DNA from: Tubiluchus corallicola
Lineage: Eukaryota; Animalia; Priapulida
DNA: 64,000 nucleotides
Direction: 5' to 3'
Assembly (NCBI GenBank): GCA_030141605.1
Contig: JAQGDQ010000302.1
Span: 62,001 to 126,000 of the forward strand
Positions within the stretch are counted from its first letter, which is position 1. Each line of letters begins with the position of its first letter. The notes beneath the pieces are model-generated. The model saw only the letters and a list, made by a program, of their open reading frames with translations, had not been told where the DNA came from and made no database searches. The position numbers were made by a program, and so were the translations under genes. Shown here piece after piece: positions 1 to 14,200 of this stretch.

Positions 1-832
1 CAATCGTTGTATCTAAATTAGTAATGCTTTTATCAAGATCATTTATAAAGTCGAACCTAGACTGATCTGAAATAGAAACTGAATTTTATTACTTTACAAA
101 AATTGCAAAAGTTTGTCATGGAATTGCTTGACCATGACATGAGCATGATTTTTGTTGACTCGGTTTTGGCTAAATGGCTAAGGCTGGTGTTTGCCAGCTC
201 CCCAGAAGACTGAATGAATTATCAGAAAACATTGATTCTCCGTTTGCTTCACGGGGTAGTTCAAAATTGTGGTCAGTAAAATTCTGTTTAGACAGAGCGA
301 TGTTTTGAGTAACAGTATGAAATACTGGCAAGTTCTAGTAAATTTATCAAGTACCACTATTAAGAAGCATTTTTCCAGTTTTCGTATACTTCCCTAATGT
401 TTTTTCACTATTACAACAAAGATGCAGTTTTGACAGGCTTATTTGCTAAACTGCAACCTACTCTCATTCTCATGGATTTTGGTGGATTTTTGTTGCTATG
501 ATATGCAATAAATCAAAAACCTAAACACAGCTTTGTGCATCCTGAAACTAAGGAATTGAGCCTGGTCAGTTTCTTGTAAAACGGCTGATTCTTCTACTTT
601 TGGACCATGCTGTTTTCAGAGTAGGATAAATGATTTTTGGTGCTAGTTACTGATTAATCAAGATGTTGAGGCTAAAGTCCTTCGTTAAACCGTTCAACTT
701 TCCAAAAAAGTTTTCCGTTTAGAAAATTCAGATTAGTGCTATACTTGTGTGTTTTAGTTATGTGTTTTTTTTGCGCTCTTGATTACATTTTTGCTCGCTA
801 CTTTTTTACTATTTAATTGTTGTCTATATCAG

Positions 833-1066
833 GTTGTTAATCAGAGGAATAGTAGGATAAACGACATCACCCAGCAAACGCAGCAGATGAAGATTGAAGT
901 TGAAAAGCTTTCTACGGAACGAAACAATCTTGCACAACTTACTGGGGAGCTTCAATTAGATGTGACCAATAAAAACAAGCGTATAAGTCACATGACCGAA
1001 GAGTTAGAAAATGTTAATCTTAAGCTTGCAGAGCAAGAAGGTGACATCATTGACTTGAACTCTAGG
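833..1066 (+). CDS. FHAD1-like exon
   Basis: cag|VVNQRNSR...DLNSR|gtaaa, phase 0-0. Confidence 0.85.
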
Positions 1067-4000
1067 GTAAAAATCTATTGATGAAATCAACGTATTTTTA
1101 TGATATAATAGTGATGAAAATGGTGGGTGCTTGAAGCAAAACAAAAAGTATCAATGAAAAATAGTTTGTGTTTGAAGTAAATCAAAATGTTTTGACAAAA
1201 ATAAACAAAGGCATGAGGAAAGAAAGACAAAAATACAACCAGATAAAGTTGGTATAATAGACTCGACAAGTCATGATTGTGGAACGTATGAAAAAAACAA
1301 TACTACGACTAACAGACTATGTACACAAAGAAAGAGGAAAAAATCATGACGAAAGTAGTAATATGAAGTAAAAAATAAATCATGATTCATTACAACTGAT
1401 TAGTAAATTAAATTAAAAGAAGGTAATGTGAACTATAATGTCTAAAAATGTATGTGCATGAAATTAGACAGAAAGCTGTGACTAATAAATATAGCTGCAC
1501 AATGTGGGACAAAAAGTCGTTAGCAAAAGGGATGTGTACAATCTGCTTCTCATTCACCGAGTACCACTTAAAACCTCAAGAGTGCACCTTGTGAGAAAAT
1601 CAATTTTCTTAGATTTATTTTGTTTTAGTACTTCTGTTTATTAATTTCTTTTATTTTTATCCTAACATGAAGTTCATTTGTGGAGATTGTTTGCTAGAAA
1701 AAGAGTAAGTTGCTGGATTTATGAAAGTAAATGCTATATAGCAGTGCTGCCAATGATGTACACTTCAATGTAGAATTGTTTAAACAGTTCAACACATTGT
1801 GAGTTGTGATCCAGCATTAAATGGCAGGGTCTGCTAATAATATAGACAATCCCGGTAGGGCTAACAGACATTACAACATCAAGAACTGTCATTCTAAAAA
1901 AATACTATGGTGGCTGAACTGTCCCAGTTGCCCTTTGGTGAGTAAAATAGCTAGGTGCAGTACGGCAACTGAAACAGCTTTCCCAGTGGTCACCCATTCA
2001 TTTACTAACCAAGGCTGGCAGCTGTTTAATTTTGGCTTGTTTGTCCCTCTCAGCTATTCTCATTATTCCAGACTAAGCAGTGCTCAGACATTCAGATTGA
2101 TGTTGTGGAACAGTTGTGTAGCGTCCTTTTACTCACCTATTACTATGTTACTATTATTTTTGATCTTCGCTTTCAGCTGTCAGTGGCCGAGCTTGGAGCT
2201 AAGGAAGAAAAAGCTAATGCACACAAATTAATCGCAAATGTCAGGCAGTTGGAAGGAAGAAATCACGAACTTGATCAAAGCACTAAAACACGTGAACAGC
2301 TTCTGCGGGATGCTCAATCAATGCTACAAGAAAAAGTGCAAAACATTAAATGTTTGAGTGAAAAACTGGAAATCTCAAATCAGGTGCTTGTGCCATTGTT
2401 CTCTAAAATAAGCTAGTATTTAAATTTATTAAATGGAATCTAAATGGACATTTTCATTGTGATCCTGATGATTGTAAGCATATTTCCTCTTGTAAAACCA
2501 CCTTTTGCTTGTGAGTTGGTACACAATGTCTTTACCTGTTTTTACTAACAGCTAATAAAGACATGTTAAGTTAAAGAAGTGTCACCGACAGCGGGGCTGT
2601 TGATGACCGAATGTGCTGACAGAATGTGATGAGTGAAAACAGAAATGTCATTTCATTAGCCATTCTAATGATCTATTAAACATAAAGAGGTTGTCAGAGC
2701 TCATGTCTGTCAAAATCAGTAAAATGAAAAAGTGATATTCTCCAGGGTTAGACATGCTAATTGTGAAGGCATGTATTTCTGAGATGCTGCTACAAATGCT
2801 TTATTGTCGCTGTAGCATTTTATTTAGTCAAGTTAGTTTGAATTTACGTGACTGTAAGCTTGGTATCAAATTGAAATCCTAACATGTAGCCAATACATAC
2901 AAGGTGCCGATCGCTTTCTTTATGACAGAGCAAGCGAAACCAGAGACACATTGTTGGAAGCTACAGTTTTTTAAAACGAAATTTTATTTCGTTTTAGTTT
3001 TCATCTTTAGATTTAATTGAAACATTTGCTGGAGATTAGTATTATAATACATCTTCATACTTATAGAATCATAATTTATTTCTACTTGAACTTTTTCTAT
3101 TTTTGAATTTTGATTAGGAAATGAATGAACTGAGGAGTCAGCATAGAGAACAAACATTGATTTGCAACAAACTAGAAACAACTATAAAAGAGGTGATGAG
3201 TGATTTTTCCACTGCTAATGCCCAGGTAATTAACTCATTTACAAATTAACACGAACATTATTCCACTATGACGAGACATCAGACAGGTAACAGGTATTCT
3301 TCTAATTCACAGCATGCAGGCAGTAATTTACCTGCAAGGAAAATGAACTTATTTGTGATATTTACAAATTGATTTCCGATTAATATAGTGGGAATTATCT
3401 ATTTAGCCAAATAGTGTTTTAACAGATACAATTTGGTGACATGTCCAGTTGCTGCTTTTAAAGTTATCACATTAATTATAATTACTGAAAGCTTTAGTAT
3501 GATCAAGAAGTAACAAGTAGGCCAAAACTCTGTTCTGGATGACTTCTAAATTTTAATTTATATTCATAAATACATCTGCTATAATAGTTTTTTAATGCAT
3601 GATTCCAAAGGTGTGTGTTTTTTAATAAACAGCATTAGAAGTAATTAAATTTCGATAACTGTAAGAGAGAAATCAGTAGGACAGTTTGACACTGCTGACT
3701 GTATAACTGCAAAAATCCCTAATGGACTGGAATCTTTTCTTTTGATCGAGTTGTTTTAATTTTTTTAAATTCTTGCCGTTCTCTTTGTTTTTTACTATTT
3801 ACATTTACTATATGATTGCCCTCTAGCAAACATATCTACTAGAATTGAATTTTTATCTCACTTGAATAATCAAGATATGGTGTGCATATATATTAATAAG
3901 GCCAAGGAATTAATAGCAGCTTTTGTAAAACTAATATGCGATCCATTTATTTTTAAAACTGTATTGAGTAAGTCTGTTTAAAAGAGACTTTATTTAATCA

Positions 4001-5153
4001 ATATTCTTTAGTATATTTAAAAATAATATTGTTAATAATATAGCTAGATGATGGTTTGAAATATTTTATTGGGAACTAGTATCATTGTCATTACTAACTA
4101 TTCTGAGTAACCATGGTATTATAGGAATAATCTATATGTATGATTGTAAATTTGCGATATAGATTTGCATGTTATAGTTGTTTGTATGTAAATAATTAAT
4201 GCAGTTTATTTGTACATGCAAAGAGAGGAAATAAAAGAATTATAATAATAAATTGTTTTTCCTTAGTATGAGAAACTACATCATGAAATGAAGGAAAGCA
4301 AGCAGATGCTAGGTATAGACGAGGAAACCGAGTTCTTGGATGGCATAAAACTTACGCTACAGCTTCACCAGCAAGCACTAGAAGTAGCAAATGACAAACT
4401 TGTGAGAAAGTCGGAGCAGTTATTTCAGTCAGTGAAACAGTTTTCAGATACGGTATCCCAGGCACAGGTTTGTTTGATTCTTGCTTCAGTGAAATTTTGC
4501 TTGGCCTTTTACAGACTTATTAGTTGACTTAAGGTTGTCATTTATGAATTTCACTGTCATTATTGATTGAAAATTTTTGACTTTTTCTTTGACAAAGAAA
4601 CACCTGTCTGCAGTGAAATGAGTCCATTAACTTTCAATTTTTGCTCAGGTGTGTTAAACCATTGCACTTCTGTGTTAGCCTAGACCAAGTAGCCAACTCA
4701 TCAGTTGAATCCAGGGAATCTCTATTACTAGTCATACATCAGGTTATTATTATGCCAGTGTTTTAGTGCACAGACTAACTTGATAATCATCACTCATTAA
4801 GTATTTTTATATTGCTTTTTGCACAAACTGCATCAGTTTGTTTATGTGCGTTATTGAAAACATTCGTGTGACTTTTCTATAAATTACGGAAAATAACCAT
4901 TTTGAATGTGAGTCTTATAAGTGTTACTTTAATAGTTAAAAAGTGAAGTTTCCTTTATGGGCTAGAGGTCTAGAATGCAAAGCCTAGTCCACTGCATTAA
5001 AATCTTAACATGATTGAATGTTAATTAAAGTATTTAAATTATTGCTGGTTGTCATCGCAAGAAGTTGCACATCTACATTTTGAGCTTCAAATACCTTTCC
5101 TTTTCTCTCTAATCACTCACACCCGCTCTCAGTCTCTTTTTCGTATTCTCTCC

Positions 5154-5222
<69 letters not shown>

Positions 5223-8200
5223 TTCTCTACAGTTATTGCTCTCAAGATACTCACATATCTAAAAAAATCCCAGGAATAATAACAACATGGTAATTTGTTA
5301 AAAATCAAGCTAACACTGTTTGTATAATTTATTAGGAACTTGTGAAATTTCATTTATTTTCACCTTTGGTTAAGTTGTAGTGTTTCGATTTGACATGGCT
5401 GACTACTTCAGTGCAATTGTAAACTAGTTACACCAGAGAATTTAGAACAAAGAACAATATTCATTAACCATTTAAGATTTTTTACATGGTATCCATGGGA
5501 GAGTTGGTAACTCTTTGTCTTTTCCACAAACCACAAAGCATTCTTTTAAATGTCGCTCTGAATGGCCCACTAAAGACTGCATATAGGATCGGATTGCAAG
5601 CACTGTTCACATATGCAATCCACAGTGTTACTGCATCTAAAACCTCATTTCCGCATCGGCAGTGAAGGTCTCGAAATTTCTGGATAAAATACGGAGCCCA
5701 GCAGCCAGCATATGCCAGCACAACTGTGCCAAGAACTGTTGTTGCTTTAAACTCTCTCACTCGCTTTATTGTTGCTCCTTCGACTCCTTGTTTTTTATCG
5801 TTTATTTTTCGTGCTTGTTGCCATGCAACTATCCATATGCGAGTGTAAACTGCTAAGATGAGAGAGACTGGTATAACGTACATTATAATGCCATCCATTA
5901 TATGGTACATTCGGTACCCCTTTGCTTCTTTCAACTGCTGCCACTCCCAGTTGGTGCTCAGCAAAGCTATGCCCTGAGCAGTTGATAGCATCCATGCTAA
6001 AATAATGGCAATGCTGACTGATGTGTTCGTCACATACACGTTATATTTTAGCGGTCGCAGGATCTTGACATACCTTTCTATCGCTATCACACAGATGTGG
6101 AAGATGCTGACGTTAGTAACAAAATTGCCGATCACACGTCGGACTTTGACCAGAACCAGATTGCCTGGAGGGTCTTGATACATTTGTACCATGTAGAGCG
6201 GAATGACGATAATTCCAACTAACAGGTCGGCAACAGCAAGAGACGCGACAAGCGAGAATGTCCTTGTACGTAAATGATTGTATTTTGCGACAGCTATGAT
6301 TACCATACTATTCCCAATGATAATTAGTGAGGCGAGGATGCTCAAGAGTATACTAAAAACGATGGTAGCTGCTGATATTTCTGCTTCCTGTATCGACGAT
6401 GTTGTCAGATCTACTGGTGCAGTTGATGAACTAAAACGCTGTTCCTTGTTTTCATGTTGCATACTGAACTCTTTTAAATCTTCTCATATTTCCTCCTGAC
6501 TGGATCAATAAGGAATTCACATTGGTGACATTCTTCGCACTCTCATTGTTAGTATTTAATTACGTTGATGTTGAGAATGTGTGGAATTTGTTATATATGT
6601 TTACCTCATATGAGACAAAGTAATTAGGAAAGCTGCCAAGTTTTGATAAAAACTTTAATGAAAGTGTTAGCAGGCATAGCAGCAATTTGACATTTCCATT
6701 TATAATCCTTTGGCATAGTTTGGTTTTCTGAAAAAAAAACATGGTGAATCACAGTCAGTTTATAGTTTTTTAGAATTAATAATTATTAAATGTTGCCCCT
6801 ATTAGTTACTGTATTTATAGTGTACTACAGGGCTGTGATGAGATGAAGTGTAATACTGGCAGGGGAATACAGTAGACTTCTCAGGTGTGTGTGTGAACGT
6901 GGCTTTATCTAGCACATAGACTCCTATTCTGACCTTGTGTTAGCAAAAGCCACTAGTCACGTGCACACTTGAGCTTATAAAAAGGGAAGGTCTGCTGTAG
7001 ATCCTTGTCAGTGGTCGTGTCTTTCATCGCAGCTCTGTTCACATTTCACAGGCTTTGCCGCAAATTCCGTTCTTTTAGGTAAGCTATTTGCAATATTTTG
7101 TAATAAATTGTCATTTCGACTTTATTGTTCGGGTTCTGTTTTGGTTTGGCATTGAGCGACTTAATTGAGACATGCCGCACGGTGTGGGCCGCGGTGTCAT
7201 CCGTCCTGCCTCCGTTAAAAGCGGACAGCAGTCCAATATTAATCTTTTTTTGTTTTGACTGTGTAGTATATTAGCACTGAGACTGGAATTTCATTTTAAC
7301 TGTTTGTAAATGTCTGTACATTTGTACAGAAACATTAAATCACAGCAAAATCACAAGTTCATATCTATAAAAAGTACTTTAAGCAAATATATGTGCTACA
7401 TGGTAATTGCCTACGCAAAACTACTTGCTGTTGCTACGTGTCGGGATACAAATTTTGTGCAGCCTTTTGGGAGATTGTGGATGTTAAAATAGATCGCATT
7501 TTCACTTTCATTTAAGATGTGTCCAGTGAAAAATTTCAATGTCTTTTAAAACTGTGATGGTGTTACATCCATGCTGCTGCTTTTCATTTTTATGTACAAT
7601 GTGCAACCTCGTTATGAGTTCATTATATCATTCTGATGCATATGTATGCAAGTTGTCGTAATAAGCATTTATAACATACGATGAAAAATTTATTTGCGCT
7701 GGCTTGGTAATTTTTGTGAGTTAAGCAGTTTTGTTTAGACACATGAGCAATTCATGTGAGTTAGCAGAATTATGTGGAGAGGTGAGGAGGTGTGCATTAC
7801 TGGGGAGATTGAGGTCAGGTGGTGTGATTACTCACCAGGTATTTCGGGTTCGTTATGGTATCACTGTCTTGGACATGTGAAATTTTGGTAGTATTTGGCC
7901 GCTTCATAATATTTGCTCCAGTGTCCTAACTGTAATGTGCCTGCTTTTACATAATGTGACAAGCTCAAATACCTCAAGCAAATGACATTTCATTATTGAT
8001 GTTAGCAAAGTCAAGACTAGCACTACCCTGAATACCTTACTTCATAGATGAGTGGATCCATGAAAGGATTCATCTGCAATAGCTTTTTATCAGTTGAAAA
8101 ATGTGAAAATTGCCAATGACTAATTTAAAACTTATGACATTATTATTTATCGTCACTTGTTTACAGTAATCAATTTGTAATGTTTTCAAGATATCGATGA

Positions 8201-11200
8201 TTGTTTAAGTTTTTTTGTTATAGCATCACACTAATTCATTTTCTATAATGTACCAATTCACTCAGAAAAGAAGCCATGTTACTAGAACAGGCTTCTTTTT
8301 CTAATTTAATTAATTATAATCTCACTATTCTTGTCATTGAGCTTTTTAACTTTTGATGAAAACACTATTAGTATAAAATTTATACATCGTTAATGCGTAT
8401 CTGCTGTTGCTACATCATTTTGGCACACAAAAACTAACAATTTAAGTTTTTTGCTTACCTTTAGCGTAAAAAATTCATTTCTTCTCACTTTATTTGGGCG
8501 AGTAATCATTTCCAGCATCGTCGTCTAACGGTTTCATCGCTCTCAGCATCCCTCATGCCACCTGCAGGCTGTATTAGGAAATCTCATGCCTTCATATATA
8601 AGTGCAAACTAATATTTGAGAAGTTGTCAATGTTTCTTGCAGATAACACATTTCTTGGTAAATACTAGCTGTTGACATTGTGTTAGGCATCTCTAATGCA
8701 TATCACCACTGCTGTTTATTCTATTGGATTATTCTCACTTCTGAGCTGCATGCTTATCAATAAATGCCACCCGGAGTATTTTAATCTGTCAAGTAACAGG
8801 ATTCATATTCAGTAGGTCCAGTCAGTGCACCTGGTTGTGCACATACAATAAGTTTAATTCGCAGAAGATGCATTCATATAATGTTAAGCAACAGTCATAG
8901 TATATCCTATCAGCATTGAAATGGTTTGTTCAGGTCATTTATTTAAATCATTTTAAACTAGTTTCCTGGCTCATTTAAATATGCTTCTACTCAAGTCCCG
9001 TTAAAATTTGTTTCTAAACATGTTTTTACTCTGACAATTTTAAATTAGTTTTCTGTCAGCATTCTAAATATGTTTTTACCCTAACCAATTTAAAAAAAGT
9101 ATTCTGGCAGTATTTCAAATCAAAGTTAAATTAGTTTCTACAGCATTCTAAAGAGCCCTAATCCAATATTTTTAACCTAGTGCATATCTAGGAGCACTTC
9201 AAGTTTGCTTAAATCAATTTAGATTCATTTTTAACACTATTTCACATACTATTTTATCCAAAGTGCTTTCATATTCATTTTTGTTAGTGCCATTTTAACA
9301 AGGATTTACTGAAAACCAACTTTTATTACTAGTAAATTTTGTACTCGGTATCTCATTGATGGTTCTAATAATCAATAATTTTTAGTAATAAGACTGCAAT
9401 GATATTTTTTGCTATATATCAGTATATGACAGTTAAACTACTTTTGTCAACCTTAATATCTGAACCTAATATTTTTAATCATTAACCTACCACATTTCCT
9501 TAATATTATAGGAAACGCTAGCTGTTAGTGGGATGACGTCTGCCTCAGTCCAGTCAGCAGTAAACCTTTTAAATAATTCTAGTCATGTATCTGATGAGGT
9601 CAAACCTATACAGGAATCTTTCATTCGCCTCTTTTCCGTAGTCTGTTCTTGGATGCAAGCAGCCGAAGAATCTGTGGAGGAATGGAACCTGGAAGATTCT
9701 GCTAGTAAAACAGGTATGTTTGCGCGATTATTTAATCATATCAAGTCACATTTTATCTCAGCTGCTCCAGTGCTGCCAAAAACAGTTCAACTTTGTACAA
9801 GCGCATTATTGAGAAGAGTTGGTTTGTGGGAGATCTTTAGTGCAGCAGTTAACATGTGTAACGAATAGGTTCATTTTCTGATGGATTATTGGTCACTGCA
9901 CTGCTCTTTAAGACTGAAGTTGAACTTTGTCAAGGCTGTCCAGCGAATATTTGATGACCACCTGGGTTCAATGACCACATTTGATCTGGTCAATTTCATT
10001 TATTATATTGATTATGATTGTTCACCTTGAGAAGGTGGAGTGCATATACACTCAGAACATGACTACAAAACATGACTAAGACATCTCTGTTGGTTTAATG
10101 CCTTGTCTTAGACGGTTAGGCTTGTTAATGAGCTTTGTTCTAGTCTTGCCATAAAACGGCATTAGAATGTTTGATTCCAGTTTTCAATGATCTGAATTGA
10201 ACAGAAAAAGTTTCCTGGGCTGGTTAACTTCAAGTTGAACCTATTTAAAAAGTAAAATAATTGTTAAACTGATTCGATTTGAGAAAGTTCCTGATATCAT
10301 AGAGCATTATAGTGTATATGCTGTAATTCAATAATATTGTGTCATGTCTTTATTTTTAGACACTTTTGTTTGAATCAAGATACTTATAACTTGGTTCTTA
10401 TAAATTTTCAGACTTTTTGACGTGGCTACAACGATTGCACAGCGAATACACTGATGTTTTGTTAAGAGACCAAGAATTGTTACATATTATAGACGGTGCA
10501 AAAAGTGCCCAACAGGAGGAGCTGCAAGCTGTGAAGCAGGAGGCAGAAAAGGACTGTCAGAAGAAGGTAGCAGCTTGCAAAGAGGAGATGTGTTCGGAAT
10601 GGCAAGAAAGGTATCCTAGCCAAGGATTGTTTGCTAGTTTATGTGTACAGCATTGATAGCTTATACTCATATGGAAATTTCAGTGATTTCAGCATGCATG
10701 GGAAAATATAGATTTTTAATATTCTTCTTAAGTTGGTAATTTTTCATAAGGATTCATAAGTAAGTTACTTATTATAAAATTACTGGTCACACATCAAACT
10801 GTGACATTTTATTTTGTTTTACATTATATTAGTGAAAAATTGTTTAATTCTGTAGAATTTAATTGGCATCATTGTCTAAATTGTTGTGTAGCAATTTAAT
10901 TTTTATAATAGTTTTCAGTGTTGCAATGATTTTATCATAAACTTTTTTATTGTTTACAGATTAACATGTGCAGTGGATCAAGTGAAAACTGACTGTGATA
11001 AACACCAAAAGGAACTGGCAAAGTGCCAGACGTTAATTGAAGATCTTCAGCACCAGGTTGTCAAACGTCAGCAAGAATCTGATGACCAGAAGTTAGTGGC
11101 CAATGAACAGGCTGAAAAAATTAAGCAGCTGACATCAAAGTGTCTTGATTTAAAATTAGAAAAGGTATGTACATGTGTGATGTCTCACTGCATCCATTGT

Positions 11201-14200
11201 ACTACTTTCTGTTTAATTAATGTTTTGCTTCTTTACAAATTTCTGTACAGAATTGGTGTTTTTTGTCATAATCATAAGCACTTTGATCTCTTCCATTATA
11301 TTCCTTTACTGAGCCTCTCCATTGTAGTTTGTTCCTGATGTATTATGTAGATAGGTAGCATTGCGTGAGAAGATGTACTAAGAGGAGTTATCCTGATATT
11401 ACTTTTCAAACAAAAACCAAAATAGTCGAGTTTATTGATCAGGTGTGTGTGTTTTACCTCTGCCGTTGTATGTGTGTACAGGTGTGTCGGAAATAAAAAT
11501 TAATAATCAGACCAAACAAATTTAGGTTGAAGTCTTGAAAGATCCCTGAAGGTTAAGGTCTTTTTTGCCTTTCCCTTTAAAATTTTTTTAACATTTCTAA
11601 AATGTTTTGCATTTTGTTTTACTGGCCCCATCATAATGAGGTTTTGCATATTGCAGATTTATAATCTGTTAGTTCTTTTTAAGGAAACCTTGTCAGAAGA
11701 ATTAGACAGACGAGCACACCTTGCCAAAGAAAAGCACGAGTCCTGCCTCAAGTTGCAGGAGGAGGTTATAAATCTGAAATCGGCACTGGAGAGTCGACGA
11801 GATGAGCAGGTGGCAGCAGAATTGAGAGTTAGGGAAGCTGATGAGAAATATAAACATTCCGTCACAGAAGCAGAAATTCTTACGTCAAGAGTTCAAGGTA
11901 ATTTATCCTTCGCTACATTTATATACACATGCTTTCCCATTTTTCTATTAACAATTGCTATAAAAAGTTATGTATCTTGCTTACTGTTTGAGGTCTCATA
12001 TTCGAAAATATAATAATTTTACATGCAAACATTTCTGTTTTAAAAAATTCAGCTAGACTACTGCCAAGAACACATTAAGCAATCATGTTGCTGCTTTGAA
12101 TGAGAGAACTCATAATTTGATCTGAAGCAAATTGATTTTGCACATTTTTTTAATTTGTTACTTAATGATTTATTTTTTGTGTGTGTCATATTACAATCTT
12201 TAAAGTAAACAACAAACTAAAAAAATCATCAGTGGTTATTCACCTACGTAGTTTTGTATATTTTTTTAACTATAATTTCTTCTTGTATTTTCATTCAATG
12301 CTCAAAACATTATTGTCAAATATTTCAGTTACTGTAACTTGGTGTCATGTGGTAATTTGTATTTGCAATATAAATAACACTTTGTCTTAACACATGATTT
12401 TTGATGTACGTGACTAACTGTTGGTAGGAAACTGGTTCCCGTGTTGTCGTTTATAACACGTTTGTGAATCCCAGTCAATTTGTTTAATTACCGTAATGGT
12501 GCCGAACATTTTACTAACAGATTTACAACGACAACTGAAAGACGCGGGAAGCAGTCGTTCTGTTGTTGCTGTAGCTGAAGAAATTGACAACAATTTAAGG
12601 TATTTATTATTTGAACAAAAGTTAAAATTGTTTGCTTTTACAGAATTTTATGGCTAGAACCAGTTAGAGTGTCCAAGTGTTAATAAGTCACAGTTTTGGA
12701 TAATGAGACACCTAACAGAAATTCAGTAATGCCATATAAGAAATGAACCATTTATTTTGTTAGACACTCTGATGTGATTATTTTGTCTATTACTAATTTG
12801 TTTATTTGTTCCTCTGTCCTGCAGAAGTAGCAAAAGAGCAGGTGAGGCCAGTGCCAAAATTATCCCAAGTGATGACGATCGTAAAAGATCCAGTAGATTC
12901 TTGGTGAAAACATTGTCTATCATTTTTTAGAGACGATTGTTTGTGATTTCTGAAAGTACTGAACCAGAGCATGGCTGATTATTAAGGATATCCATCCAAG
13001 AAAGCCACTGAGCTGGCAGAGCTATCTCAACCATGTTTGGATATACAATAGTACATCCTCCCTCTATGACTTAGACAGTAAAATCAGTATGATAAACGAA
13101 ACCGCCCAGGGCAAGTTTTGAACCCGGTCACAAGCCATTCGTGTGAAGCACATGTGCATAATCATTGCCCATGAACCCATCATTCATACTTTTATGCAAT
13201 GCCACCATTTAATTTACTGTTACTATATATTCTAGTTATATATAATATATTTATATAGTGGTTTATTTTCCAACACATCCATGATACTGATCTAGACTAG
13301 ATATTTAGGCCTAGTGTCTTGCACCTATGTCTCTACATAGCGGCTTTATTCTTCAGTGAGCAAGTCGAAAAATTAAAGTCCGAGAAAAAACGACAAGAAT
13401 TGGAGATAGAGAAACTGCATGAGCTGGTTGTGACATCTTCGGCCAGGAATAGTGAGCAAAAAGGTACTGGCATTGTAATTATAAACCAGGCAGTGTTGTA
13501 ATGTACTATTGAATAAGATTCTGCAAGTATTGTAGAATCTTCTGCATTTATAATTAGCATGCAATGTGTTATAGTTAAATTCTCTTTGCTATTAGAGCCT
13601 AATGTCTGAAGTAGCACACTTGGGCAGCTGCAGCATTGCGTGGTAATTAAACATCGATTATTGCAATAAGCCAGAACTTACTCAGGAGTGTTCTGTAAGC
13701 GAGCACTATTATTAACAGGCCTGTCAAAAACAAATAACCAATGGCGAGACCAAACAAATTTTGGCCTGGTCAGTGGCAAAGCTCCAGACGCCAATCGCAT
13801 TCTTCCTGTATTTCACATGAAAAATTAACTTTGACACATGTAAACTGTTTTACGTATTGGATTTATCTGTATTTCTTTATGGTTTAATCATAAATGAAGG
13901 AAATAAGTTTACTTAAATGATAAGAAAAGCTTTAATAAATTCAGCATTAAAAGTGTGAAATAATAAAAACTGAATTTTTGTCACAAATGCACTGCATTTC
14001 AAAACCAAAACATGCATTGTTAGAATCTACTGAATTTAGCAACAAGATCGCCATTACGTATATTATGAAATTCTTTCTTGACATCAGGCTCTTTTAACTA
14101 CTTCTACAACCATTTCTTGTACACATTGTGTGACAGCTCTAATGTTATCTGATGCATGTGGTAGGTCTGCGAGTGGAAAAGTTGAGTTTGCAAGTAAATA

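Noticed and set aside
5049-5353. SLSL and RERE ORFs
   Set aside because: Translations of the (CT)n microsatellite.
5662-6499. Short ORFs overlapping the GPCR in other frames or on the other strand
   Set aside because: Shadow ORFs of the real CDS with no recognisable motifs.
13715-14098. Possible further hAT MITE (caggcctgtcaaaa ... ttcttgacatcaggct)
   Set aside because: TIR and TSD matches are too degenerate to support a call.
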